64,000 bases of DNA. Source: a virus. The position numbers and the translations under genes were made by a program. The stretch is from the IMG/VR virus record IMGVR_UViG_3300048091_000425; one strand, given 5' to 3'. Position 1 is the stretch's first letter, and the number at the start of each line of letters is the position of its first letter. Below are positions 52,415 to 62,088 of this stretch, piece after piece. The notes under the pieces are model-generated. The model did no database searches, was not told the origin of the DNA, and worked only from the letters and a program-made list of their open reading frames with translations.

Positions 52415-54298
52415 TTAATACAGCACGTCGATATAAACAATGCCGGGTTTTCCTTTATTGACGTAAACGCAGCTACCGATGAAGTCATGCGTCACGTAAC
52501 ACCCACTAGCGCCGATATCACCGCCCGAGCCATAAGCCAAGGGGGACAACCCTCCCAACTTGATTCCCGAAGAAACCTCATAGATGGCCGTTCCAGAATT
52601 TCCCCGTCCATAGTCAGCCGGGCCACAGGCACCCGGCCCGTTTTCTTTCGCGTAACTCCCGGTTGCCATCCGCGATGGCGTTGCATAAACGCCTGGCGCA
52701 TAGTCTTTCAGCACCGGTTCTATTGGATTGCCAATGGAGGCGGTAGGCGTCACCGCAGAGCCTAACATCGAGTTATAACCATTCATCGACACACCACTGC
52801 CGCCAGAACATTCAATTAATAGACCTCTGGTGAGGGAGGTAACAATTGACGAGCCGCCTGGGTAGCCAGACAAACCATCGGTCGTCGTGCTATCAGGGTT
52901 GTAGTAGATATAATAGGGAGGGCCAGGATCAGCGAGAATACCGGTTCTAATTGGCCCAGAGCCCCTCCCACCAGCCCCCACAGTGATTTGCAAAACCTCA
53001 CCAGGCTCTAAATTCATCGGATGGTTCATCACAAACCCACCCGAGTGCCCTGTCGCCGTGTAGTTGCTGGATCGCCAACCCACCCCAGAGCTACCGCCGC
53101 CAGCTATCGAGATGTAGGCGCTTGTTACCCCTTCAGGGACTGTCCAGGTACCATCGGCGGTGAAGGTAAAGCGGTAAACCTTCGGCGACTTCGTGACCCG
53201 CTCCCAATCGGCTCCACGACAAGTCATGATCCGTCCGGTAGCGTCGGAAGAGATGGCGCCAGGTGTCTGGCAGGTGGTTTTCGATTGCTGACCGGGCATG
53301 AGTGAATCTTTGACGATGAGCTTGCTCACCACATCCGCCGATTTGGTTGAACTGGTCTTGTCCGGGTCAAACAACAGTGTTGAATTGTCAACACTCTGCA
53401 AGGCTTTCGCAGTGATCGATCCAGAGCCTTGATCCAGGTTACCAGTCAGGATATTGATCGACGCATCCGCTATGATTTGATCACGCGCTTGTAATTCGCC
53501 CAGGATCGTTGCATCCGAATCAATCACTACGCCACTGGTCAAGGATGAGCTCAAGCCACTTGCTGGGCCAAGATAGAGCAGTTCTCCAGCAAAACTTTCG
53601 AGGGCCGATGCTCCGACCACGTTTCGCAGCAATGGCGAGACGTTACCCATTTTCAATGAACCGCTCATCATGTTGCCGCCGTCGACGCGCAGCCATGGGT
53701 CGTTGGTGGCGACGTTACTGGCCTCCAGTGTGATCACCCCAGTCTTTGGATCAGCATTCACTTTACCGTCAGAGTTTAGGGCGTCCGCTTGGGTGGGTTT
53801 GCTGCTGGCAACAACGATAGCAATGACGCCGGCCAAGTCCGCCCGCGTCTTGGTGTCCAATTTGTAGGCTGTGACTGACGATGTAGCCCTTGTCTCAAAG
53901 GAGAAACCTTTGGGAACAGAGATAATCTGGGTTTGCACCGACAGTCCACCCCGAGAGAATGGCACCGCTGTACTTAAGGATGGGAAGTTACACGGAAGAT
54001 ACTCAATGCTCGAAAGCCCACCGCAGCTGGTGCTTTTCAACCAGTCAGTGCCGCTGTAGATCCCGTTCGCACCAAGGTTTTGGGACACATACGAGCGCAC
54101 GCCGTTGTTGTATTGAGCCAGGATGTTGCCAGCCAAACGCGCCTGATTTTGGTCATTCTCTGCTCGGTTGGCTTCCATTGTCAGCAAGGAGGCAATCGCC
54201 ACCAGTCCCATGGCTAACACCACTTCGAGCAAGGTGAATCCAGCCTGCTTGGGAGATGTATTGGGGCGGTGGCTTTTTCTCGAATTAATAGAAAACAT
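52415..54298 (-). CDS. pilV: PilV-like type IVb pilus tip adhesin, paralogue 2
   Basis: G/FTLLE motif; same architecture. Confidence 0.75.
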   Translation of the reverse strand: MFSINSRKSHRPNTSPKQAGFTLLEVVLAMGLVAIASLLTMEANRAENDQNQARLAGNILAQYNNGVRSYVSQNLGANGIYSGTDWLKSTSCGGLSSIEYLPCNFPSLSTAVPFSRGGLSVQTQIISVPKGFSFETRATSSVTAYKLDTKTRADLAGVIAIVVASSKPTQADALNSDGKVNADPKTGVITLEASNVATNDPWLRVDGGNMMSGSLKMGNVSPLLRNVVGASALESFAGELLYLGPASGLSSSLTSGVVIDSDATILGELQARDQIIADASINILTGNLDQGSGSITAKALQSVDNSTLLFDPDKTSSTKSADVVSKLIVKDSLMPGQQSKTTCQTPGAISSDATGRIMTCRGADWERVTKSPKVYRFTFTADGTWTVPEGVTSAYISIAGGGSSGVGWRSSNYTATGHSGGFVMNHPMNLEPGEVLQITVGAGGRGSGPIRTGILADPGPPYYIYYNPDSTTTDGLSGYPGGSSIVTSLTRGLLIECSGGSGVSMNGYNSMLGSAVTPTASIGNPIEPVLKDYAPGVYATPSRMATGSYAKENGPGACGPADYGRGNSGTAIYEVSSGIKLGGLSPLAYGSGGDIGASGCYVTHDFIGSCVYVNKGKPGIVYIDVLY

Positions 54299-56189
54299 CG
54301 ATCATCACCACTCCGTCAGAACCATTTTGAGGAAATCTGCACGATTCTTGCTTCGCGGCTGTGACAAAGCAGCGGGAAATAACCAAATCACCACCGGAGC
54401 CATAACCAAAAGGCGTGCGCCCTCCGCTGATCATGTCGCCGACAGAAGCAGAGTTATACATAGCTTCTACGCCAAGGCCGTAGTTACCAACTCCACACAC
54501 ACCGGGCCCCCAAACATCCCCAGCAGCGGAATGTGTGGTCTTTTGTGCCTGCCAGGTGTAAGTGGACGGCGCAAACGGAACCATGACGATGGAAGCGACT
54601 GAAGCTACTGGGTTCGTGTTATTTTCGCCATGAAGAGCAGCAGACGTGATCCCCGAACCTGAGCTTCCTGCCCCGCCAGAGCATTCAAGCAATAGCCCAT
54701 TGGTTGGGGACGTGACTCTCGTGGTACCGCCTGGAAGTCCGGTTAAACCAGAGTTAGCGGGGTTTCCCCAAAAAACGTAGAACGGGTATCCAGCGTTCGA
54801 GAGTATGCCGCTGTTTACAGGTGCGTAGGCTAATGCACCCTTACCTACGTTTATCTGAATTACTTCACCTGGCACCATAGGCACCTGATGGTTCATCACA
54901 AAGCCACCAGAGTGGCCGGAGCTACTGTGGGATTCGACACGCCAGCCCATGCCGGAACCACCCCCACCGGCAGCGGAGATGAAGCCGCTAGTGACGTGAT
55001 CTGGCACTGTCCAGCTACCACTGGATGTGAACACAAAACGGTGCAATACCGGCGACTTGCCGACTTTTAGCCATAAATTGCCCTGACACGACAACAGATT
55101 GTTCGCAGCATCTTTGGCGACTTCGCCATTCGTGGGACAACCCGCAAGCTCCACGACAACCGTGTTGATCTCCAGTACAGGGTCAGGACGAGACGCCACC
55201 GGCACGGAAAGATCTGGAGTGATGCTGGCCGCGCCGTCGAGCGTCAGGGTACTGAATTTGCTCTGGCCTCCAGGGTTTGCCATGTAGGCACCAGCAGCTG
55301 AGTTGTAGAGGCCCTGCTTTGTGATCAAATTGCCTAGCGGAATTTTCGTGTTACCCGAAGCGATAACCACCGAGTTGGCAGAATCAATGCCCCCGTCGGC
55401 CAGCAGACGGCCAAGCACCTCAGTGTCCGAGTCAACCACCACCGTGGCGCCAGCCGGGATCCCTAGGCCACTTGAAGAACCAAATATCAGAGGTTGGCCA
55501 GGGATAGGCTGGATGCGTGAGGCGCCAACGATGCGGCGATTCGCAGCCAATGAGCTGTCAAAGGACAGGTTGCCATCCATTGTGTTGCCGCCGTCGGCTC
55601 GCAGCCAGGCGTCACCAGATTCCGGCTTTCTGGTCGTCATGGCGATCACAGCGGTTTTTGCGTTGGCATTGATCGAGCCGAACATGGTGCGGTCGAATGC
55701 ATTACCACTCAAGGCAGCCATTGCCGCAACGCCGGCCAGATCTGCCCGAGGAAGGCCGGAGAGCAGGTAAGGCGAAAACGTGGTCTGCCCCATCGTTTCT
55801 GTTTTTTCAGCGTTGGTGACCGTCGAAATGATGGTTTTAACGGTCAGGCTTCCCGGCATCAGGGGCTCTGGATTGACCACATCGGTGATGTCTGCCGTGG
55901 GGAATTTGCAATCAAGATAGCCTGGCGCTGGCGCCAGGCCGCCGCAGGAGACAGGCTTCAACCATTTGGTACCGGAGTAACTGCCGGACGCTCCTGGGTG
56001 GTCAGCAATCCACTTCTGGACGGCTTTTCCATAATCACGCAACTGGCCACCCGTGCCTTTGGCGGCATTGATGTAGAAGTCTGCCGACTGGCTTTCCACG
56101 GTAAACACGGCGGCGATGGAAAGCAGGCTGACGACAAACACAACCTCTATGAGGGTGGCGCCCTTTTGCCTTGATTTGGAAGAATGCAC
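54285..56189 (-). CDS. pilV: PilV-like type IVb pilus tip adhesin, paralogue 1
   Basis: G/ATLIE motif; same architecture. Confidence 0.75.
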   Translation of the reverse strand: MHSSKSRQKGATLIEVVFVVSLLSIAAVFTVESQSADFYINAAKGTGGQLRDYGKAVQKWIADHPGASGSYSGTKWLKPVSCGGLAPAPGYLDCKFPTADITDVVNPEPLMPGSLTVKTIISTVTNAEKTETMGQTTFSPYLLSGLPRADLAGVAAMAALSGNAFDRTMFGSINANAKTAVIAMTTRKPESGDAWLRADGGNTMDGNLSFDSSLAANRRIVGASRIQPIPGQPLIFGSSSGLGIPAGATVVVDSDTEVLGRLLADGGIDSANSVVIASGNTKIPLGNLITKQGLYNSAAGAYMANPGGQSKFSTLTLDGAASITPDLSVPVASRPDPVLEINTVVVELAGCPTNGEVAKDAANNLLSCQGNLWLKVGKSPVLHRFVFTSSGSWTVPDHVTSGFISAAGGGGSGMGWRVESHSSSGHSGGFVMNHQVPMVPGEVIQINVGKGALAYAPVNSGILSNAGYPFYVFWGNPANSGLTGLPGGTTRVTSPTNGLLLECSGGAGSSGSGITSAALHGENNTNPVASVASIVMVPFAPSTYTWQAQKTTHSAAGDVWGPGVCGVGNYGLGVEAMYNSASVGDMISGGRTPFGYGSGGDLVISRCFVTAAKQESCRFPQNGSDGVVMIDVFY

Positions 56190-56374
56190 GGCAACACCAT
56201 TGTTTTTATTATAGTTATGATGATTATTGTAGAGGTGAGTGACCCATTAGTCCATGAATGACGGACTGAGAAAGTGTCAATATATGTGCTTTAGAATTGT
56301 CAGGGCCGCGATTGGAGCCCCGCTACAATGCGGTCAACAAAGTTGGGCTCAACCCGACGCTCTTAGGCTGTCAG

Positions 56375-56388
56375 GTATAACGCTAGAA
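56375..56388 (+). promoter_or_regulatory. Operator copy in pilV-folA intergenic region
   Basis: GTATAACGCTAGAA. Confidence 0.55.
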
Positions 56389-56635
56389 GCGGCGCCGAAG
56401 GCGACCTTATTTTGGCTTTCGAAGAAAGCCTAAAATGCCTACCATCTGTACAACCTGCTTTTCGCTGTTGTCTTTTTACCATGCTTTTTACCATGCCGTT
56501 GTCTTGGCCACCCCTACCAGCCTTCCAATCTAAGATGCTGTGATTGGTCAGTATGTGGCCCGAACAGCATAGGACATTGAGAGCAAAACACGCCCCACAA
56601 TGCCCTTCAAAATTGATGTCAAACCTCACACGCCT

Positions 56636-57145
56636 TTAATGTCTCTCCCAGACCTCAAACTGATACGCCGGGCTTTTGTCGGTGGCGAGGTTCGGGGTAT
56701 TCGACGCCAGAACCCACCGACCAGCCTTGAACTCAGGGAACCAGGTATCGCCATCAGGGTTCAAGTCGACGCGGGTGATATAGAGACGGTCGGCCTGCTC
56801 CAAGGCTTGGGCATAAAGCTGCGCCCCACCGATCAGCATGATCTCATCGGCGCAGTGCTCATAGGCCCAGGTCGTGGCTCGCTCTAAGGCAGCATCCAAA
56901 GAATCAAACACCTCGGCGCCATCGAGGTGCAGGCCTTTTTGACGGCTCACCACCAGGTTCAGTCGACCCGGCAAAGGACGACCCAGGGAGTCCCAGGTTA
57001 AGCGCCCCATGATGACCGGTTTGCCGAGTGTCCTGGCCTTGAAGTACTTGAAGTCGCCCGGTAGATGCCAGGGCATGGTGTTGTTGATACCAATCACACC
57101 GTTTTGCGCGACGGCGGCGATCAGACTCAGGGGAATCTGTTTCAT
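56636..57145 (-). CDS. folA: Dihydrofolate reductase (chromosomal FolA-like)
   Basis: LSLIAA..NGVIG..N.MPWHLPGDFKYFK...GKPVIMGR.TW.SLGRPLPGR; LIGGAQLY; GDTWFP. Confidence 0.95.
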   Translation of the reverse strand: MKQIPLSLIAAVAQNGVIGINNTMPWHLPGDFKYFKARTLGKPVIMGRLTWDSLGRPLPGRLNLVVSRQKGLHLDGAEVFDSLDAALERATTWAYEHCADEIMLIGGAQLYAQALEQADRLYITRVDLNPDGDTWFPEFKAGRWVLASNTPNLATDKSPAYQFEVWERH

Positions 57146-57281
57146 GAGTACTGGTTCTCAGAGAGGCTTGCGGTGGATCCAGCTTATCAGAACTTGGGGG
57201 CCTATGATGCTGGACAGCATCTAGCGCATGATTGAGACTTTGGGCTTGTGGTCACCTGTAATTTGAGGCCGGAGGCAGCCT

Positions 57282-57509
57282 GTGAGTATCACCATTTCCT
57301 CGCCAGTGCCTTCTGAGATTCTGAACGCAGACCGCTATTGGTTGATGTTTTTTGAGGCTGGCGTGATCAGCCTGGATGAGGCCGAGCGGAGAGCTCGAGG
57401 ATCGCTGCGCTTGAAAGAGGCATATTCAGACGATCCTTGGTATGCCAGAAAGGCCGAGCGCGACCCAACCTTTTGGAGCAGGTTCTACGCAACCCGTGTC
57501 AATTCTTAA
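57282..57509 (+). CDS. Small hypothetical protein
   Basis: RBS GGAGG; 75 aa. Confidence 0.5.
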   Translation: MSITISSPVPSEILNADRYWLMFFEAGVISLDEAERRARGSLRLKEAYSDDPWYARKAERDPTFWSRFYATRVNS

Positions 57510-57625
57510 CCATGCCGCACAAAGAATCGATCCACGGCTGGATGTTCAGTACTATGGGGGAAAGCCCAGCCAGCTTTTGTTCGGGTTGGCGGGGTTCACG
57601 GTATTCCAAGCAGATGGGGGAAACC

Positions 57626-57979
57626 ATGACAAGACAGCTTTTCGCCGTGTTCGCTTTTTCCGCCCTGGCGGCTAGCTCTGGCTGTAGCTCCACCAGCGCC
57701 TTTGATTATCAGTATGGGACGCCCATCACCGACCAGCAGCTCGCTGCCCTGGTCGAAGGCCGCAGCACGTCAGACGATGTGTTCAAAGCCGTGGGTAAGC
57801 CCGACAAGAAAGGTCAGCTCAGCGGTCGCACGTTCTGGTCGTACCACTACATCCGCAGCCCGGCCCTCCCCTTCGGTGGGCGTAAGCAATACGAGCAGGT
57901 GGTAGTCTTCGAATTCAACAAAGACGGCACCCTGCAGAAAACCCGCAAGAAGCTGATTCCAGATGGGGACGCCTCTTAA
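57626..57979 (+). CDS. BamE/OmlA (SmpA)-like lipoprotein
   Basis: Lipobox SSGC; L..G.ST..DV...VG.P, WSY, F.F..DG. Confidence 0.7.
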   Translation: MTRQLFAVFAFSALAASSGCSSTSAFDYQYGTPITDQQLAALVEGRSTSDDVFKAVGKPDKKGQLSGRTFWSYHYIRSPALPFGGRKQYEQVVVFEFNKDGTLQKTRKKLIPDGDAS

Positions 57980-58006
57980 CCTGATCCTTCTGTCCGACCT
58001 CCCGCT

Positions 58007-59985
58007 TTGCATGCAGGCAATATATCGGGATACTTGCCTGATATTTGTCGTTCATGGGGAGTGCTGGTGGGAATCGATTTGCTGGTGATAGCCGGATTCT
58101 TGTTGTTCCTGAGCTTGCTTTCGGGGATGTACTCCTCCGTCGCGCTCCAGGATGCCAATCCCAGGCAGAAATCATCCAACTGCGCCGACCATTTCGGATC
58201 CTGGGTTCTCTTTGGGATTTCAGTCGCCTGCTCGTGCCTATTGGGTTATCTCGCCATTGGTGCAATCCAACAGGTAACAGCTTGCTCAGCGTGGTGGTTT
58301 TTGACCCTGCTGCTCCCTGGCTTTGTTGGTTTCGCTCTGCTCACGCCGTTCCTGCTGAGGAAATGAATCAACATTAAGCGTATATTGACACCATACTCAA
58401 ATTAGGTGGCTGTCCATGATTGTATTGAAATTGTTGGCCTTGGCCTGTGCATTGTTCGCGCTCCTTGTGTTCGTCCGTGTGCTGCTGCAGGACGATCCTA
58501 AGTTCGGTAAGTACAACTGGAAAGTAGCCCTCGCGTGCGCCGGCTTCAGCACTGTGCTGATGGTGCTGGCCTGTTTGGAATTCATCGTCTCGATCCCGCT
58601 TCGACTCTACTTCTACCTGCAATCTCTGTCCTCGAAAGGAAAGCCATGAGCGGCCCGACCGGAAAGTTGTGTGCAAAACATGGCGGTAACTGCAATCCGG
58701 CTGACGCCTACTTTTACTGCGATGAATGCGCTCGCACGGGTATCGACAAGTGCCCCTGCGGCGGCCATGCCAGGTACTTTGGCGAGGCGCTGATGTGCAG
58801 CGTTAGCTGTGAAAGCTGTGGCGCCAGTGTGAGCAAGCTGGGCATGAAACCCAGCGTAAGGACGTTGTGGAACCACGGGTATCGAGGTTTTTTTGATTTC
58901 GATGCCGTTTTTGACCTACCAGGAACACCTGAGAATGTTTGAGAACACTGCCGAATACCCAGCTCTGGTGATTGCCACGGTTCAGCTCGTCGGTATGATC
59001 GGCCTGATCTGCTTGTCCTACGTCAGCTACAGAGCTGGGTACGCGCCGCACTATGAGTGCTCAGCCACCAGAACCAGGCGGCAGACTTGCATGCGCCTTC
59101 TGCTGCTGTGGATCGGGGCGATCAGCGCCTATGCCGCCCTCTTCATCGCCCTGCTGATGACGGATTACTCGCATCTCATTTTCCCAATGGTGTTTTTGCT
59201 GATGCCGCCGTTTGGATTGCCGTACCTGATGAAACAATGGTTCACCCGCAACTCGAACTCGTACGCCGGCGATCACCAGATTCACGGATCTGACGAGAAG
59301 TAACGCCACCCCACCCCACGTCTCCTGTCCGACCTCCGGGCTTGAGGCCACTTAGGAGAGATTGCATGAGCTTCATCTTCAATTGCCTGTTGTTCATCGC
59401 CAGCCTGGTGGTGTTGCTGATGGCGGGCGCGTTCGGCGCGGTGTCGGTCAAATACGACGTCAAAGCGTCGCGGGCGGTTGCCCAGGCATTTCTGATCGGT
59501 TCCTGGATGTCGTTGGTGCTGGGGCTGATCGGTATCGCCCTGCTCTGCTGGGGCACGGGATTGAGCTTCTGGCTTTTGCTCTTGGCGCCGCTGCCAGGAT
59601 TCGTCGGCATGTTCCTGGGCGCTCCACCAGCGGGCCGTGGCGTATGATGGTTGACTTGCTGACGGGAGTTGGGCTGATGGCCCTGTCCGTGGTGATGGGG
59701 TATCTGTTGCTGACTGACAACCACCAGGGGCCAGAAAAGCCACTGGTGGACGAATACACCATCCTGTTGCTGATCGCCATAGCGATCATCTGTGGTTGGC
59801 GTGGCAGTTCAGAGATCCTGACGCTGGCGAGCCTCAATCTGGAATGGCGATACTATTCCCCGTCTCTGTTTGTGCTGGGGTGTGGCTGGGGGCTGTGGCA
59901 TTCGCTGCGCTCTCGGCCAACAAAGCTTCCAGCCCGAGGCTCGAACCACTCACAATCTGCATGCTGCCGTCAGGAAGTCGAATAG
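58007..59985 (+). other. Cluster of small membrane proteins (58007-58366, 58416-58649, 58935-59303, 59366-59647, 59644-59985) plus a Cys-rich ORF 58646-58942
   Basis: Two or three hydrophobic segments each; coupled. Confidence 0.55.
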
Positions 59986-60069
59986 CGTCACAAGTTTTGG
60001 TGCCGGTGTCGATCACCGCACCTTGCATGTTAAAGCCTTTCAGGTTCGCCTGGAGGCGCTCAGAACTCA

Positions 60070-60897
60070 TCATTTTTCGTTCTCCCATCCGCATTCATAC
60101 CAATCACAACCATCCCCTGAGTAGGAATAGCAAACATAGGCCTTGTCCCCGACGACTTCGCGCACATCGCGTTTGCGAGGCCTGAAAAAACCTTCCGCTG
60201 AATACCGGATTTGTCGCTCGCCCATCCTCGCCCGCGTGAGCCAGACGATTCGGTCAACGCCCTCGAGGAACGTTGGCACGCCTTTCTCATCCAGCGGATA
60301 CACCGGTGGATTGTGAATCACGTAACCGTCGATGATTTGGTAAGTCATTCGGGTGCGCCCTGCACCGTCGGCTCGCAGGCGTCAGCGTACCGCAGCAGGT
60401 CACGAGCCATGGCACGTGCATGCTCTGGCGTCATCTTGACCCGAACCTGCCGGCCTTCGTCATCCTGCAGCTGCACCAAGGGATACCGGTCACTCCCGAA
60501 ACCTCCGGAACTGACGCCCCAGTGTGTTCCAGAAAGGCTGTCATCCAGGTAGTTGTGTCTCATGTCCAAGTCTCCCGTTTTCGTGCTCAATGACTGGATA
60601 GAAATCCTGGCTGGCGCCTGTATCGCAGCAGTGAATCTCGACCAGCGTGCCATCGATAAACTTCAGGTCATACAGAGCGCCTGGCCGCCCGTAAGAAATC
60701 ACGTTCAGCACACCGGAGTAGTTCATATCCCCGATGGGCTCGCTGCGCTCATTCCAGGGCTTTTCCATGACCAGTCGGCCAGCCAGCGTAATCACGTACT
60801 CGTCGAGACGGCAGTCGAGACTCTTCGTTTGGAAGATCCCGCCCTCATACCCATCTGGCATCCGGTGGTCGAAGCTTAAATCGTCGTACATCCCCAT
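60070..60897 (-). other. Small phage-like hypothetical genes (60070-60348, ~60345-60566, 60541-60897)
   Basis: MGMYD.L...FQTKSLDC motif in 60541-60897. Confidence 0.5.
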
Positions 60898-60909
60898 GCG
60901 CGTCTCCTA

Positions 60910-61491
60910 TTATGCCGCCCGCGTTGGCTTTTGACAGTTCCTGCGCACCGCACAGCCTCGACAAAGCGCCTCACTGGTCGCAAATACCCTGATCTCTTCG
61001 CCGGCGTTGGCAGCCCTGGCATGTTTGACCAGGGGCTTGATCTGTTCGTAAATCTCATCGCTCGGAAAGTCGACATCGACCTCATGACGTTGGTCGCCGA
61101 CGATCACATACGCCAGGGAGACATCAAAGCGCTCTCGGGCAGCAATGACCGTGGCCTTCACTTGGGCGACATCGGAGCTAAACAGCCGTCCGCTGCTGCG
61201 GCTCTTGTACTCCACCACGGCGTAGGCGCCCATATCAAAACGAAGCACGAAATCAGGCTTGGCCACGATCCCAAACTCTTTCGACACCAGGGAGGGTGTA
61301 GCGCGGCCACGGTCGGCATAAACCACTTCAGCGTCAAAGCCCAGGTGTGCGATCACGGCCTCTCGGCGGCGCTTGCCGACATTGGCAGCGACAAACACCA
61401 GCAACAAGCCAAACAACGTAAGGCCCAAGATCATGAGCACGTCGTACGGCACAGTGGGAACGAGACTGGCAAGCGTATGTAGATCCATCAC
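60910..61491 (-). CDS. TM-anchored Cas4-like PD-(D/E)xK nuclease half
   Basis: N-terminal TM; KPDFV, VVEYKS, DVAQV; C-terminal CRGCAVRRNC. Confidence 0.7.
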   Translation of the reverse strand: MMDLHTLASLVPTVPYDVLMILGLTLFGLLLVFVAANVGKRRREAVIAHLGFDAEVVYADRGRATPSLVSKEFGIVAKPDFVLRFDMGAYAVVEYKSRSSGRLFSSDVAQVKATVIAARERFDVSLAYVIVGDQRHEVDVDFPSDEIYEQIKPLVKHARAANAGEEIRVFATSEALCRGCAVRRNCQKPTRAA

Positions 61492-61901
61492 TCATCACCC
61501 TTCCTGACCGACCTGCTTATTCGCTGCACCCCGGCCTTAACAATCCGCGCCAACATCGGAGAGCGCCGGCACTGTTTCACCAGCCATGGGGAACACCGGT
61601 AATACACCCGCACCAGCACCCGCCCCCACCACGTCGGTTTCAAGACACGGTCGCGCCAGGCTCGCAGGGACACCGTCACCGCATCATCCTCGCCAAAGGC
61701 ATAGGTCGCCACGTAACAGCGCCTGTCCAGATCGTTCATCACCTTGCTGGTTAGATCCTCATGCATGTGTGTGCCGCGTTGCCGGGCATCATGGGATTCC
61801 GCGCTTTCGGGAGAAAGCTTCTTGGACAAATACAGGGAATGCGGGCAGTACGCTGCCTTGCCGATGTCAGAGGCCGAAACAAGCGCTTTGTTTTTGCTCA
61901 C
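61488..61901 (-). CDS. Cas4 N-terminal segment fused to CFI-box-CTERM
   Basis: SASDIG..YCP..LY...RG..MHE followed by CYVATYAFG...LR.WRD..L....GR..V..YYR.SP. Confidence 0.7.
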   Translation of the reverse strand: MSKNKALVSASDIGKAAYCPHSLYLSKKLSPESAESHDARQRGTHMHEDLTSKVMNDLDRRCYVATYAFGEDDAVTVSLRAWRDRVLKPTWWGRVLVRVYYRCSPWLVKQCRRSPMLARIVKAGVQRISRSVRKGDE

Positions 61902-62088
61902 AACCTAATGCTCCAACAGCTTTTCTTCTGGGGATTCCAGCGAGTCTGAAATGATTAAAGTAAAAAGCCGAAACAAGCGCTCTTGTTTTGCTCCCAAACC
62001 TCGCTTCAACCGCGTTTGACTTTCGCTTTTGTGTCCGTTCTGGCCTTGAATAATTGTCGTGAATTGTCAGTGCTGGCGCTGGTCAACC

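Noticed and set aside
50483-56189. Shufflon
   Set aside because: All three genes are complete and co-oriented; no Rci recombinase or inverted promoterless cassettes are seen
56636-57145. dfr trimethoprim-resistance cassette
   Set aside because: Sequence resembles chromosomal Pseudomonas FolA; no attC site or integron context
60910-61901. Split Cas4 as the cas module of the CRISPR array
   Set aside because: It is ~46 kb away, type I-F systems do not use Cas4, and no cas1/cas2-3/csy/cas6f are recognisable in the window
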